From NCBI RefSeq assembly GCF_000007145.1, contig NC_003902.1:2936497-2968496 (forward strand): a DNA stretch of 32,000 nt. The letters are read 5' to 3'. The DNA comes from Xanthomonas campestris pv. campestris str. ATCC 33913. GTDB lineage: Bacteria > Pseudomonadota > Gammaproteobacteria > Xanthomonadales > Xanthomonadaceae. Positions 1-9,373 of the stretch are shown one piece after another. Both the position numbers and the translations under genes were made by a program. Each line of letters starts with the position of its first letter. Positions within the stretch are counted from its first letter, which is position 1. The notes under the pieces were generated by a model. It was not told the origin of the DNA and searched no databases. It saw only the letters and a program-made list of their open reading frames with translations.

Positions 1-1
1 C

Positions 2-1789
2 ACGCCGGGCCTGAACATCACCGACGTGCGCGTCAACGACCGCAACACGTTTCTCGGCGGTAACGCCAGCGGCGTGTACCCGCTGGTGCGCGGTATGTAC
101 AACAAGCGCGAAGACAAGATCGACGCATTCGGCTGGAACAACGAGATCACCGCAGGCGCGGTCAAGATCATCGCCGATCTCAACTACTCCAAGGCCACGC
201 GCGACGAACTGAATCTGGAGAACAATCTCCAGCTCGCGCCGATGCCGCAGCTGGACACCGTTGGCGTGGCGGTGAACGGCAATGGCTTCTCGCAACTCAG
301 CCCGGGCCTGAATTATTCCAACCCCGATGCGCTGTTCCTGACCAACACCATCTATGGCTCCGGCTACGGCAAGGTGCCACGGGTGGAAGACGTGCTCAAG
401 GGCGCGCGCCTGCAGGCCAGCTTCCCGATGCCTGAAGCACTGAGCTGGTTCTCCGATCTGGACGTGGGCGTGAACTACGCACACCGCGAAAAGCAGAAGA
501 CCCAGCCCGAAGGCAACATCACGCTCGGCGCGCAAGGCGAAGCCACCGTGGCTGCCGACCTGCAATACGCCCCGGTCAATCTGGGTTTTGCCGGCATCGG
601 CGCTCTGCCCGCCTGGAACGTGCCGGCCACGGTCTCGCGCTACATGCTGTTCAACCCCAGCGATGACGCATCGTTCCTGGTCTCCAAGGCCTGGACGGTC
701 GAAGAAAAGATCACCACCGCCTGGCTGCGCGCCAACCTGGATACCGAGTGGGGCGTGGTCGGCGTGCGCGGCAATATCGGCGTGCAGCTGCAGAGCGCCG
801 ATCAATCCTCGCAGGCCAATTACTGGGATGCCTCGCAGCCGGTCGGCAGCGAAGTGCGGCCCATCGACGACGGCAAGACCTACCGCGACTGGCTGCCCAG
901 CCTGAACCTGGCGTTCCAGTTCCCGTATGAGCAGACCTTGCGCTTCGCATTGGCCAAGCAGGTCGCCCGCCCGCGCGTGGACCAACTGCGTGCGTCACTG
1001 GAATTCGGTGTCGACACCTCCACCGGCCGGCCCGGCGCCAGCGGCGGTAACCCCATGCTCGACCCGTGGCGCGCCAACGCCCTGGATATCTCCTACGAGA
1101 GGTACTTCGCCGATCGCGCTTATATAGCGGCCGCCTTCTTCTACAAGGACCTCAAGAGCTACATCTACACCCAGAGCCGCGACAACTACGACTTCTCCGC
1201 ACTGGTGGCCGGCTACGTGCCACCGCCCGGCTCTGCACCGGTACTGACCACCGGCACCTTCAGCGCCCCGTTCAACGGCAAGGGCGGCACCCTGCGCGGC
1301 CTGGAGCTCACCGCCTCGCTGCCGCTGGACCTGGTGTTCGCCCCGCTGGAAGGCTTCGGCATCCAGGCCAGCGCCACCTTCAACGACAGCGACGTGCAGA
1401 TCCGCGACCCGGAAAGCGCCTCCAGCGTGGGCGACGGCGCCATCAGCCTGCCCGGCCTCTCCAAGCGGGTGTACAACCTCACCGCCTATTACGAGCACAA
1501 GGGCTTCGAGGCACGCGTAAGCCAACGCCGGCGTTCGGACTTCATCGGCGAGATCGGCAACTTCAACGGCAACCGCACACTGCGCTACGTGGTCGGCGAG
1601 AACATCACCGACGCGCAGATCAGCTACAACTTTGCCGACACCAGCAGCCTGGCCGGCCTGACCCTGCTACTGCAGGCCAGCAACCTCAGCAACTCGCCGT
1701 ACCGCACCTACGCAGAAACCAAGGACCGCCCGCTGGAATACATCGAATGGGGCCGCACCTTCGTGCTGGGTGTGAACTACAAGTTCTGA
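2..1789 (+). CDS. TonB-dependent outer-membrane receptor, C-terminal 595 codons (5' end outside window)
   Basis: The frame is open from nt 2 (TPGLNITDVRVNDRN...), so the GTG at 26 in the ORF track is internal. Long beta-barrel-like sequence ending ...TFVLGVNYKF* with the terminal Phe typical of TonB-dependent receptors. Confidence 0.9.
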   Translation, partial: TPGLNITDVRVNDRNTFLGGNASGVYPLVRGMYNKREDKIDAFGWNNEITAGAVKIIADLNYSKATRDELNLENNLQLAPMPQLDTVGVAVNGNGFSQLSPGLNYSNPDALFLTNTIYGSGYGKVPRVEDVLKGARLQASFPMPEALSWFSDLDVGVNYAHREKQKTQPEGNITLGAQGEATVAADLQYAPVNLGFAGIGALPAWNVPATVSRYMLFNPSDDASFLVSKAWTVEEKITTAWLRANLDTEWGVVGVRGNIGVQLQSADQSSQANYWDASQPVGSEVRPIDDGKTYRDWLPSLNLAFQFPYEQTLRFALAKQVARPRVDQLRASLEFGVDTSTGRPGASGGNPMLDPWRANALDISYERYFADRAYIAAAFFYKDLKSYIYTQSRDNYDFSALVAGYVPPPGSAPVLTTGTFSAPFNGKGGTLRGLELTASLPLDLVFAPLEGFGIQASATFNDSDVQIRDPESASSVGDGAISLPGLSKRVYNLTAYYEHKGFEARVSQRRRSDFIGEIGNFNGNRTLRYVVGENITDAQISYNFADTSSLAGLTLLLQASNLSNSPYRTYAETKDRPLEYIEWGRTFVLGVNYKF

Positions 1790-1836
1790 GTGGCTGGCAT
1801 CACGTGCGTGGGACCAAGCGCCTGAAGCGCCAGCGC

Positions 1837-1865
1837 GATCTGGGCTGAGTATCGCAGCCCAGATC
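1837..1865 (+). terminator. Stem-loop about 50 nt downstream of the receptor stop (gatctgggctg / agtatcg / cagcccagatc)
   Basis: Perfect 11-bp inverted repeat with a 7-nt loop, read directly. No U-tract follows, so its function as an intrinsic terminator is uncertain. Confidence 0.35.
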
Positions 1866-1933
1866 CGCCGGCCACATTGGAAGACGAACGACACAGTGCA
1901 AGCTGCAGCGATCACAAGCCGCAGCAATACAAG

Positions 1934-1973
1934 CCCCTCTCCCCTGGGAGAGGGGTTGGGGTGTGGGTACGGG
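1934..1973. repeat. REP-like palindrome (cccctctccc..gggagagggg) followed by a G-tract tail
   Basis: 10-nt arms cccctctccc (1934-1943) and gggagagggg (1946-1955). They are followed by ttggggtgtgggtacggg. Resembles the gggagaggg-type intergenic palindromes common in Xanthomonadaceae (from memory). Confidence 0.5.
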
Positions 1974-2463
1974 ACAGCCACTTCGGCACAGATCGCAAAG
2001 TAGCGCTACACGATTGACATTGCTTTTGACGAAACAAGCAACGACCGGACAATCAAATGTGTCACGCCGAACGATATTTCTATTTCGGCCCCGCATAAAA
2101 AAAGACCCGTGGAGATCAAACCGGCGAGTCTTTCTTTGAAAGTCTTCGCAACGAAATCAACGTCATGAAATCGTGCAAGCCAACTTGCAGCGCAGACACA
2201 CCTGCACAATCCACACACCGAAAGTCACCCGGCATAAGACCGGCTTCATACCGTGCGCCGCACACGTGCGCTTGGCACCACGCTTACAAAGGCAGCAAGG
2301 TGTTTTTAAGGAAGAACCGTAGCGAGTCGCCGCCGGCCATAACACCGCGTGCTAGCAAAGCCAGCTGACGGATCGGAAGCCGCTTCAGAAACCTATCCAT
2401 TCCTGATGACGCCTGCCACTAAAAAATGAGATAGAAATGCCACGGCAGCGATCATCGAACGAC

Positions 2464-2467
2464 CTAA
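2464..2467. repeat. Target-site duplication CTAA (left copy) of the IS5-family element
   Basis: CTAA lies immediately outside both IS ends (2464-2467 and 3627-3630). IS5-group elements duplicate 4-bp YTAR targets. Confidence 0.75.
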
Positions 2468-3626
2468 GGATGGTCTGATCAACGGCGTCGGAGGATGAGC
2501 CCAACTACATCGGCCAGGCTGACGGCGCTCAGATCCTCGATTTTTTTGCCGTTTCCGGCGCGTTTGCAGGGTGTTGCCTGCGTTACAGGCGCACGCTCCC
2601 CATAGCAGGCAATAACTGCTTTCGCTTCATCCACAGGTTTGACAGCGCAAACAGCGTCAGCACCTGCGCGGTGTTCTTCGCCAGGCCGCGATAGCGGACC
2701 TTGGTGTAACCGAACTGGCGCTTGATCACCCGGAACGGATGCTCCACCTTCGCGCGCACGCTGGCCTTGAAGTGTTCCCAGCGCTGTTCCCGAGCACGCT
2801 CCCGCTTGTTGCCGATGGCTTGAAGCACCGAACGCTTGGCAGCAATGAAAAATGCAGCCTCGCAGTCCTGCAGTTCTTCGCGCTTATCCGCACCGGTGTA
2901 GCCGCTGTCGCCAAACACGCTGTCTTCTTTGCCATGCAGCAATGCGTGCGTCACCGTGACATCGGCGACGTTGGCGGCTGTGCAATGGACGTGGTGCACC
3001 AACCCGGAAAATTCATCCACGCCGATGTGCGCCTTCATCCCGAAATACCACTGATTGCCCTTCTTGGTCTGACGCATCTCAGGGTCGCGCGCATGGTCGG
3101 TATTCTTGGTCGAACTGGGCGCCGCGATCAGCGTCGCATCGACGATCGTGCCCGACCGCAGGCTCTGGCCCTTGCGCGCCAGATGCGCGTTGACCGCTTC
3201 CAGCATCCGCGCGGCAAGGCCATGGGTCTCCAGCAGGCGGCGAAAGTTGAGAATCGTGGTCTCGTCCGGAACGTTGTCCAAGCCACCGAGCTGGGCAAAC
3301 CGCCGCAAGGTCGGGATCTCGTGCAGCGCTTCTTCCATCGCCGGATCGCTCAACGCATACCACTGCTGCAGCAGATGAATCCGCAACATCGTCGCCAGTG
3401 CGTACGGCTGCCGACCTGGCCGGCCCGACACGGGATAGTGCGGCGCGACCAGCCCGAGCAATTGCTGCCACGGGACGACCTGCTCCATCTCGGCCAGGAA
3501 GATCTCCCGGCGCGTCTGCTTGCGCTTGCCCAGGCCCTCAGCGTCACCGAACGTCAGTTGCATGGATCACCCCTCAACATCAGGCGGGTAGTGTCGCGTA
3601 TCTGTGGTGCGTTGTTCAGAGGTTCC
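2468..3626 (-). mobile_element. Intact IS5-family (IS5 group) insertion sequence, 1,159 bp
   Basis: Imperfect terminal inverted repeats: ggatggtctgatcaacg (2468-) versus the reverse complement of cgttgttcagaggttcc (-3626), 13 of the first 16 positions identical. Flanked by a CTAA direct repeat. Contains one 326-aa transposase ORF. Confidence 0.9.
2583..3563 (-). CDS. IS5-family DDE transposase (326 aa)
   Basis: MQLTFGDAEGLGKRKQTRREIFLAEM...IVDATLIAAPSSTKN...GMKAHIGVD...DSGYTG...KVEHPFRVIKRQFGYTKVRYRGLAKN. These are the classic IS5/InsH-type motifs, and the length matches. Confidence 0.95.
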   Translation of the reverse strand: MQLTFGDAEGLGKRKQTRREIFLAEMEQVVPWQQLLGLVAPHYPVSGRPGRQPYALATMLRIHLLQQWYALSDPAMEEALHEIPTLRRFAQLGGLDNVPDETTILNFRRLLETHGLAARMLEAVNAHLARKGQSLRSGTIVDATLIAAPSSTKNTDHARDPEMRQTKKGNQWYFGMKAHIGVDEFSGLVHHVHCTAANVADVTVTHALLHGKEDSVFGDSGYTGADKREELQDCEAAFFIAAKRSVLQAIGNKRERAREQRWEHFKASVRAKVEHPFRVIKRQFGYTKVRYRGLAKNTAQVLTLFALSNLWMKRKQLLPAMGSVRL

Positions 3627-3630
3627 CTAA
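3627..3630. repeat. Target-site duplication CTAA (right copy) of the IS5-family element
   Basis: See the left copy at 2464-2467. Confidence 0.75.
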
Positions 3631-3884
3631 TAGCGCGCAAGACGATCGGCGTGCAACGAAAACAGAGCGGCATCGCAAAGAATGTCGCCCCGCTTACAAA
3701 ACCCTCTCAAGCCTAAGAGCGGCTAACAAAACGTAGCGAGCAGTCGTCAGGTGGGTGCGGACGGCGCGGAGGAACCGGAATGTACGTGGGTGCATGCCGA
3801 TTCCGAGCACCGGCCGCGCCCGCCTGGCGGCTGCGCAGTAGCTTTGATAGCTGCTCCAAGCCGAGAGGTTTCAGCTGCGCTTAC

Positions 3885-5501
3885 TCAGCCACGACCGACA
3901 GCAGCAACGACCGCATGCCCGGCCAGCCTTAGGTGTCCGCCATCCATCGCCCCAAGCTCGACACCAGGTACATCGACCTGCTCCCACTCGCCTGCAGGCA
4001 AAGCCAGGTCGGCAGGATCGGCGGACAGATTGAATGCCAACAGCACAACCTGGCCGGCGTGTTCGCGGCGGAACATCAGCACCGGTTCGGCCGTGTCGTA
4101 GAAAGCGATGGATCCCTCACGCAGCGCCGGCATCTCTTTGCGCCAAGCTAGAAAATCCCGTACTGCACTCAACACGGAATGCGCATCATCCTGTTGCACG
4201 CTCACAGCAGCGGCACGATGCGACGCAGCTAACGGCAGCCAAGGCTTGCCGCTGGTGAATCCGGCAGATGGCGCGTCGGTCCATGGCATCGGCGTACGGC
4301 AGCCATCCCGGCCCTTGAAGGTCGGCCAGAAAGTTATTCCATACGGATCCTGCAGGTCCTCGAACGCCACCTCTGCCTCACTGAGCCCGAGCTCTTCGCC
4401 CTGATATAGGCAGATCGATCCACGCAGCGAACACAGCAGCGCCACCACCATCCGCGCGAACGCCGGCGTCGCATGCGCCCCACCCCAGCGCGTTACCGCG
4501 CGCACTACGTCGTGATTGGAAATGGCCCAGCATGGCCAGCCCTCCAACATGGTGGCCTCGAGCCGGCTTACGGTGTCGCGGATGTAGGCAGCGCTGTAAT
4601 CCTGCACCAGCAGCTCGAAGCTGTAGCCCATATGCAAGCGGCCCTGGGCGGTGTATTCGGCGGTGGTGGCCAGCGAATCTTCCGACGAGATCTCGCCAAG
4701 GCTCACTGCATTCGGATAAAGATCCAGCAGCCCGCGCAGGCGCTCGAGGAACGCTAGATTTTCCGGCTGCGTGTTGTTGAAGTAATGATACTGGTAGGCG
4801 TAAGGATTGTCCGCGCTGAAGCCGCGCCCCACCCGCTTGTCTGCCGGCTTGGCCGGGTTATCGCGCAGTTGCGCGTCGTGAAAGCAGAAGTTGATCGCAT
4901 CCAGACGGAACCCATCCACACCGCGATCGAGCCAGAACCGCACGTTATCGAGCGTTGCCTGCTGCACCTCGGCGTTGTGGAAATTGAGATCGGGCTGGTC
5001 CACCAGAAAGTTGTGCAGGTAGTACTGCTCACGCCGCGGCTCCCACTGCCATGCGACCCCACCAAACAACGACAGCCAGTTGTTCGGCGGCGTTCCATCC
5101 TCGCGCGGATCGGCCCACACGTACCAATCAGCCTTCGGGTTGCTCCGGTCCTGTCGGCTCTCCTGAAACCACACATGCGCGATCGAGGAATGGCTCAGTA
5201 CCTGATCGATCATCACTTTCAACCCAAGGCCATGTGCCTTTTCGAGCAAGCGATCGAAATCGACCAACGACCCGAACAACGGGTCCACCGCGCGATAGTC
5301 TGCGATGTCATAGCCGAAATCGGCCATCGGCGACTTGAAAAAAGGCGAAATCCAGATCGCATCTACTCCCAGCCCGGCGATGTAGTCGAGCTTGGCAATG
5401 ATGCCCGGCAGATCGCCTACGCCATCGCCATTGGAATCCAGAAAACTACGCGGATAAATCTGATAAATGACGGCCCCGCGCCACCATGGTGTCTGCGACA
5501 T
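3885..5501 (-). CDS. aglA: GH13 alpha-glucosidase (oligo-1,6-glucosidase type), 538 aa
   Basis: N-terminus WWRGAVIYQIYPRSFLDSNGDGVGDLPGI..KLDYI..LGVDAIWISPFF.SPM.DFGYD. Also GFRLDAINF and the EISSED region typical of GH13 alpha-glucosidases. SD gggagggg lies 6 nt before the ATG. Confidence 0.9.
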   Translation of the reverse strand: MSQTPWWRGAVIYQIYPRSFLDSNGDGVGDLPGIIAKLDYIAGLGVDAIWISPFFKSPMADFGYDIADYRAVDPLFGSLVDFDRLLEKAHGLGLKVMIDQVLSHSSIAHVWFQESRQDRSNPKADWYVWADPREDGTPPNNWLSLFGGVAWQWEPRREQYYLHNFLVDQPDLNFHNAEVQQATLDNVRFWLDRGVDGFRLDAINFCFHDAQLRDNPAKPADKRVGRGFSADNPYAYQYHYFNNTQPENLAFLERLRGLLDLYPNAVSLGEISSEDSLATTAEYTAQGRLHMGYSFELLVQDYSAAYIRDTVSRLEATMLEGWPCWAISNHDVVRAVTRWGGAHATPAFARMVVALLCSLRGSICLYQGEELGLSEAEVAFEDLQDPYGITFWPTFKGRDGCRTPMPWTDAPSAGFTSGKPWLPLAASHRAAAVSVQQDDAHSVLSAVRDFLAWRKEMPALREGSIAFYDTAEPVLMFRREHAGQVVLLAFNLSADPADLALPAGEWEQVDVPGVELGAMDGGHLRLAGHAVVAAVGRG

Positions 5502-5624
5502 ATACGCCCCTCCCGGGCCAATGGGGGCGCAAGAAAGAGCGCCCAGCCAAGAGCGTTAGCGTAGCTGGGCAACTGAGGTTGAGCGTGTCCGTGCATACGT
5601 ATTCATAGGCAAACATTGCTGCAT

Positions 5625-6258
5625 GAATAGTTCGACCTTATTTACGAGAATGAGGGACTGTCTTTAAGACATTTGCAGGCGCCGACGCAGTCGCAGCGCA
5701 CGGCGACGTCAACCGATAAAGGTCGCCACCGCAGCGAATGCATTATGGGGCATGGACTTCGTCAGTGACGCACTGTTTTGATAATCGCCGTTTCCGGTCA
5801 ATGACGGTGGTGGATCACTTCACGCATGAGTGGCCGGACATCGTCGTTGACCAGTCGCTGAAAGGCGACGACGTCGCCGATGCGATGACGCGACTGGTGG
5901 CTCAGCGAGGCAAACCTACGGCGATCAAAGTGGACAACGGGAGTGAGTTTTCCGGCAAGGTTCATGGATCGGTGGGCATAAAAAACAGGGTGGAGCCGGA
6001 CTTCTCCGGCGCGGCAAACCAACCGATAACGCCTTGGTGGAAAGCTTCAACGGACACCTGCGGCAGGAGTGCCTCAACACGCGTTGGTTCTTGTCACTGG
6101 CCGACGCACAAAGCAAGATCGAACAATGGCGACGCTTCTATAACCAGGAGCGGTCCCACAGTGCACTGGCATGGAAAACTCCTGAAGAACTAGCCCGAAA
6201 ATACGGGTCCCAAGCGAATTCCCAGGCGCCAAATCAGGCCGAAATCTCTACTAGCTAA
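5625..6258 (+). pseudogene. IS3-family (IS407-group-like) transposase OrfB remnant, 5'-truncated and frameshifted
   Basis: The rve-type sequence can only be followed by changing frame. The pieces are: ..YENEGLSLRH.. / RRRRSRSARRRQPIKVATAANALWGMDFVSDALF / DNRRFRSMTVVDHFTHE..IKVDNGSEFSGK / FMDRWA + in-frame TAA (about 5979) / GKPTDNALVESFNGHLRQECLNTRWF..IEQWRRFYNQERSHSAL. No OrfA and no left end. Confidence 0.8.
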
Positions 6259-6347
6259 TGGCTCTGGAATCGGGTGCGGGTCACATCAGTCCCGACCCTA
6301 AACCCGGCCGCTACTCAGAGCGGGGGGACGCCGCGCAGACGTCTTGA

Positions 6348-6715
6348 TGTCGGCGCTTCCGCACCTTCAATGTCATCGACGACTTCAGTCGGGAAGCGTT
6401 GGCGATCGAAGTGAAATCGAATCTTACGGCCGCCCGCGTCATCCGCACGTTCGATGCATCGCGGTCTGGCGCGGCTATCCGAACAAGCTCCGTTTGGACA
6501 ACGGACCGGAATTTGTCGCGTTGGCCTTGGCCGAGTGAGCCGAGCGCAAAGGCATCTTGCTGGACTTCATCGTGCAGGGACGCCCGATGCAAAACGGTTT
6601 TATCGAACGCTTCAACGGCAGCTACCCGCGCGGCGTGCTGAACATGCACATCTTCAGCACGCTGAGTGAAATTCGCAAACAGACCGAACACTTGCTGGCC
6701 GACTACAACCAATAA
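6348..6715 (+). pseudogene. Second, different IS3-family transposase fragment (central rve portion only)
   Basis: RRFRTFNVIDDFSREALAIEVKSNLTAARVIRTFD, then a frameshift, then WRGYPNKLRLDNGPEFVALALAE. An in-frame TGA (6536-6538) sits where Trp is expected. It continues AERKGILLDFIVQGRPMQNGFIERFNGSY...LLADYNQ*. Truncated at both ends. Confidence 0.8.
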
Positions 6716-6735
6716 ATCCGGCACTCTTGAACCTC

Positions 6736-6755
6736 GTTGTTCAGACCTTCCCTAA
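6736..6755. repeat. Solo IS5-type terminal inverted repeat plus CTAA (orphan IS end)
   Basis: gttgttcagaccttcc+ctaa matches the right end of the intact IS5 copy (gttgttcagaggttcc+ctaa at 3611-3630) at 14 of 16 positions, plus the CTAA. The sequence inward of it does not match that copy and there is no transposase. Confidence 0.55.
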
Positions 6756-6861
6756 TTCTGTTAACACTCGAGAAACATGTCTGACCTTGGCTATCAAGGC
6801 GATTCTTGCCTCGGGCTACACAGTTGAACATATAGCTGGGCGAATTTTGTAGGTGTAAGAA

Positions 6862-9315
6862 TTACACATCCTCTACTTCCTTGTCCTTGACAGACTTGCG
6901 TTTGCCCGAGCCCCTACGGTTTGCATAGAAGTCCTCCAACCATTGCTCCGGGGTCAGCTGGCCAACGCTAACGCCCAACTTCCCGGCCTTGCGCGATAAA
7001 ATCTGATGCATAATCTCGATATTATCGGTAGAAGACGAAATGACCGACAACGCATCGTCCATGCCGCGCAGATTAAGCTGGCAGACCGCAGAAGCGTGCC
7101 CCTGCTTGACAAGAAAGCACCGTGAGCGCTCGTCCAGAGATACTACAACTTGGTACTCAGCATCGGTGAGCTTGAGCCCATCGATGTAGTCGTCGCGGCT
7201 AGCATTGGGATTCGGTAACAACACCATCGTGGCGGTCTGCTCGATCAGGGCCGCTGCGATGTCGCTAGCCAGGGCATCTTCCGGACTTTGTGTGGCAAAG
7301 ATCCCCAGGCCGTTTTGCTTACGAATAGTTTTCTGTTTGTTCTTGGCGAATTCCTTCAACCCGCCTTCTCCGTCTAAGATCTTCCAGAACTCATCCATCA
7401 CATAAATCAGAGGGCGGCCATCGATAAGCGCCTCGAGTCGGTGTAGCAAGTAGTTGATTACCGGAACACGCACTTCAACATTATCGATTACATCTGTGTA
7501 ATCGAAACCAATGATGGAAGCACGCGTTAAATCGATGGTGTCCACCGGGTTGTCAAAAACCCAGCCCAGCGAATTTCCGGCAGTCCAACGACGCAGGCGT
7601 GCATACAGGCCATCGTCGCCCATGTTGGGCAGGCTCTTGCGGAAGTTACTCATGCTGCGCAAGTGCATCGGAGTATCCAGCATGCCTCCGACCGCGCGGT
7701 AGATGTCTTCTTCTTCACGCGAGCTGTACTCTGTTTTGCCGCCCAGCACTTTAATCAGTTCGGCCAGAAACTGCGTGTTGACCTCGTTACTCTCACACTG
7801 GAACGGATTGAAACCAGTTGGCGAACCATTTTCCAGCGCAAGATAGTTACCGCCACAAGCACGCACGAAGATCTCCGCGCCACGATCTTTGTCGAAAAAG
7901 AAGATCGTCGGAACCGGGTCGAACTTCTGCACCTGGCTCAACAGGAAATTGATTAGCGCCGTCTTACCAGTACCCGACTTGCCGATGACCATCGTGTTTC
8001 CGATAGCTTTTTCGCCCAGGGAATTCTCGGCTGGGTGAGTTGCATGGAAATTAAAGTAATACGGCTGGCCATTGGTAGTCTGCAAAGTGGTTACAGCATC
8101 GCCCCAAGGATTGTTGTGCTGCTTGCCTTGAGCGAAATTATGCAGCGGCGACAGCCCGAGGAAGTTGAGCGAACTCAGATTGGCTATGCGCGTGCGGAAC
8201 CGCCAGTTGCCGGGCAACTGAGAATAAAACGATGACGCGATCGCCAAGTCTTCCTTGGACGATACAAAACCAGCGTTGGATAGCTCGGCACGCGTGGTTG
8301 CAATTTGCCGGGCAAGTTTCTCCTGACTGTCGGAATATACCGCGACGGTGAAGTGATATTCGCCAAGCACAAAATTGCCCGATGCCACATCATCCATCGC
8401 CAAGTCAAGATCGCGAATCTGGCTAGAAGACTTGTCGCCCGATGAAATCATCATGCCCTTAGTACGCTCCAGCACCTTCAATGCGTCATGACGACCCACG
8501 GGGCTGAAGGAATGTGTGACCACATACTCGAAGTCAAGATACTTCAGACCATTGAGGATGCCTGGATATGTCCCGTCGGCATATTCCTTTACATTAAGAA
8601 TCGCACCAAAGTGGTTGATGCCATCCGGAGTGCGAATGACAAAGTCACCGGTTTTGTTAGCGAACATGTGCTTGCTGACGGGTAAGTATGCTGCCACAGG
8701 AGCCTGCAAGACAGGAACCGGTTCATCGATTCGATTCAGCAGATAGCCTAGGAACTCCAGCGTTTCGGAAAAAACGACGCCATTCTTCGCTTCGTACATA
8801 CCCAGTCGATATGGCGAGTAGTCCTTTAGGACAGCCTCTACATTGGTGGCCAGCTCGATCACCTTGGCGATAGCTTGCTCTTCTTCGACTCGGATCTTGT
8901 CCGGATCGCCGGATTTCTCCACCAAACGCTTGCCCGTGACCACAGGCCGATAGATCATGCTGAAGTACAATTCGTTCTGCATGATCTTCTGCGAGGACAA
9001 TGCCGCGTAGTACTCGTCGGACAAAGCCTGGTTGAACGACTGTTTGAAACGGCCAGAGTTGCCGATCTTACGACGACGTCGGACATCATGGACCCAGAAG
9101 GCAACATTGGCAAAATCGGGCGCACGCAGGGTTTGCACAAGACGATTGAAGGTATTGTGCCGCTGCTCCAACTCAAACTCGTCACGTCCAACGAAAGGCA
9201 GGCCCGCAAGATGCCAGATCAACAAGTAGTCGCCACCGGTGGTTTTTAGAACGGACGGAGCGACATGTGTCGAAATGGAGACGAACTCACTAATGGGACT
9301 ATCTGGGCTGAACAT
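6862..9315 (-). CDS. virB4: Type IV secretion ATPase VirB4 (817 aa)
   Basis: Walker A VIGKSGTGKT, Walker B-like LIYVMDEFW, plus size and position after virB3. Confidence 0.95.
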   Translation of the reverse strand: MFSPDSPISEFVSISTHVAPSVLKTTGGDYLLIWHLAGLPFVGRDEFELEQRHNTFNRLVQTLRAPDFANVAFWVHDVRRRRKIGNSGRFKQSFNQALSDEYYAALSSQKIMQNELYFSMIYRPVVTGKRLVEKSGDPDKIRVEEEQAIAKVIELATNVEAVLKDYSPYRLGMYEAKNGVVFSETLEFLGYLLNRIDEPVPVLQAPVAAYLPVSKHMFANKTGDFVIRTPDGINHFGAILNVKEYADGTYPGILNGLKYLDFEYVVTHSFSPVGRHDALKVLERTKGMMISSGDKSSSQIRDLDLAMDDVASGNFVLGEYHFTVAVYSDSQEKLARQIATTRAELSNAGFVSSKEDLAIASSFYSQLPGNWRFRTRIANLSSLNFLGLSPLHNFAQGKQHNNPWGDAVTTLQTTNGQPYYFNFHATHPAENSLGEKAIGNTMVIGKSGTGKTALINFLLSQVQKFDPVPTIFFFDKDRGAEIFVRACGGNYLALENGSPTGFNPFQCESNEVNTQFLAELIKVLGGKTEYSSREEEDIYRAVGGMLDTPMHLRSMSNFRKSLPNMGDDGLYARLRRWTAGNSLGWVFDNPVDTIDLTRASIIGFDYTDVIDNVEVRVPVINYLLHRLEALIDGRPLIYVMDEFWKILDGEGGLKEFAKNKQKTIRKQNGLGIFATQSPEDALASDIAAALIEQTATMVLLPNPNASRDDYIDGLKLTDAEYQVVVSLDERSRCFLVKQGHASAVCQLNLRGMDDALSVISSSTDNIEIMHQILSRKAGKLGVSVGQLTPEQWLEDFYANRRGSGKRKSVKDKEVEDV

Positions 9316-9373
9316 GGTCTTACCAAGTTAAGAGGGAAGCATCACATCGATATATTCTTGATCTTGCAAAGTG

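Noticed and set aside
3631-3884. GC-rich stretch downstream of aglA with short inverted repeats (cggaat..attccg; agtagct..agctgct), and the cgtagcgag 9-mer also seen at 2329
   Set aside because: The stems are short or imperfect and no U-tract follows. A single shared 9-mer is compatible with chance. There is not enough to call an ncRNA, terminator or repeat family.
6752-6861. Possible start of virB5 just downstream of virB4 (minus-strand ATG giving MFNCVARGKNRLDSQGQTCFSS...)
   Set aside because: It has no signal peptide, reads straight into the orphan IS end, and stops after about 45 codons. It is not VirB5-like.
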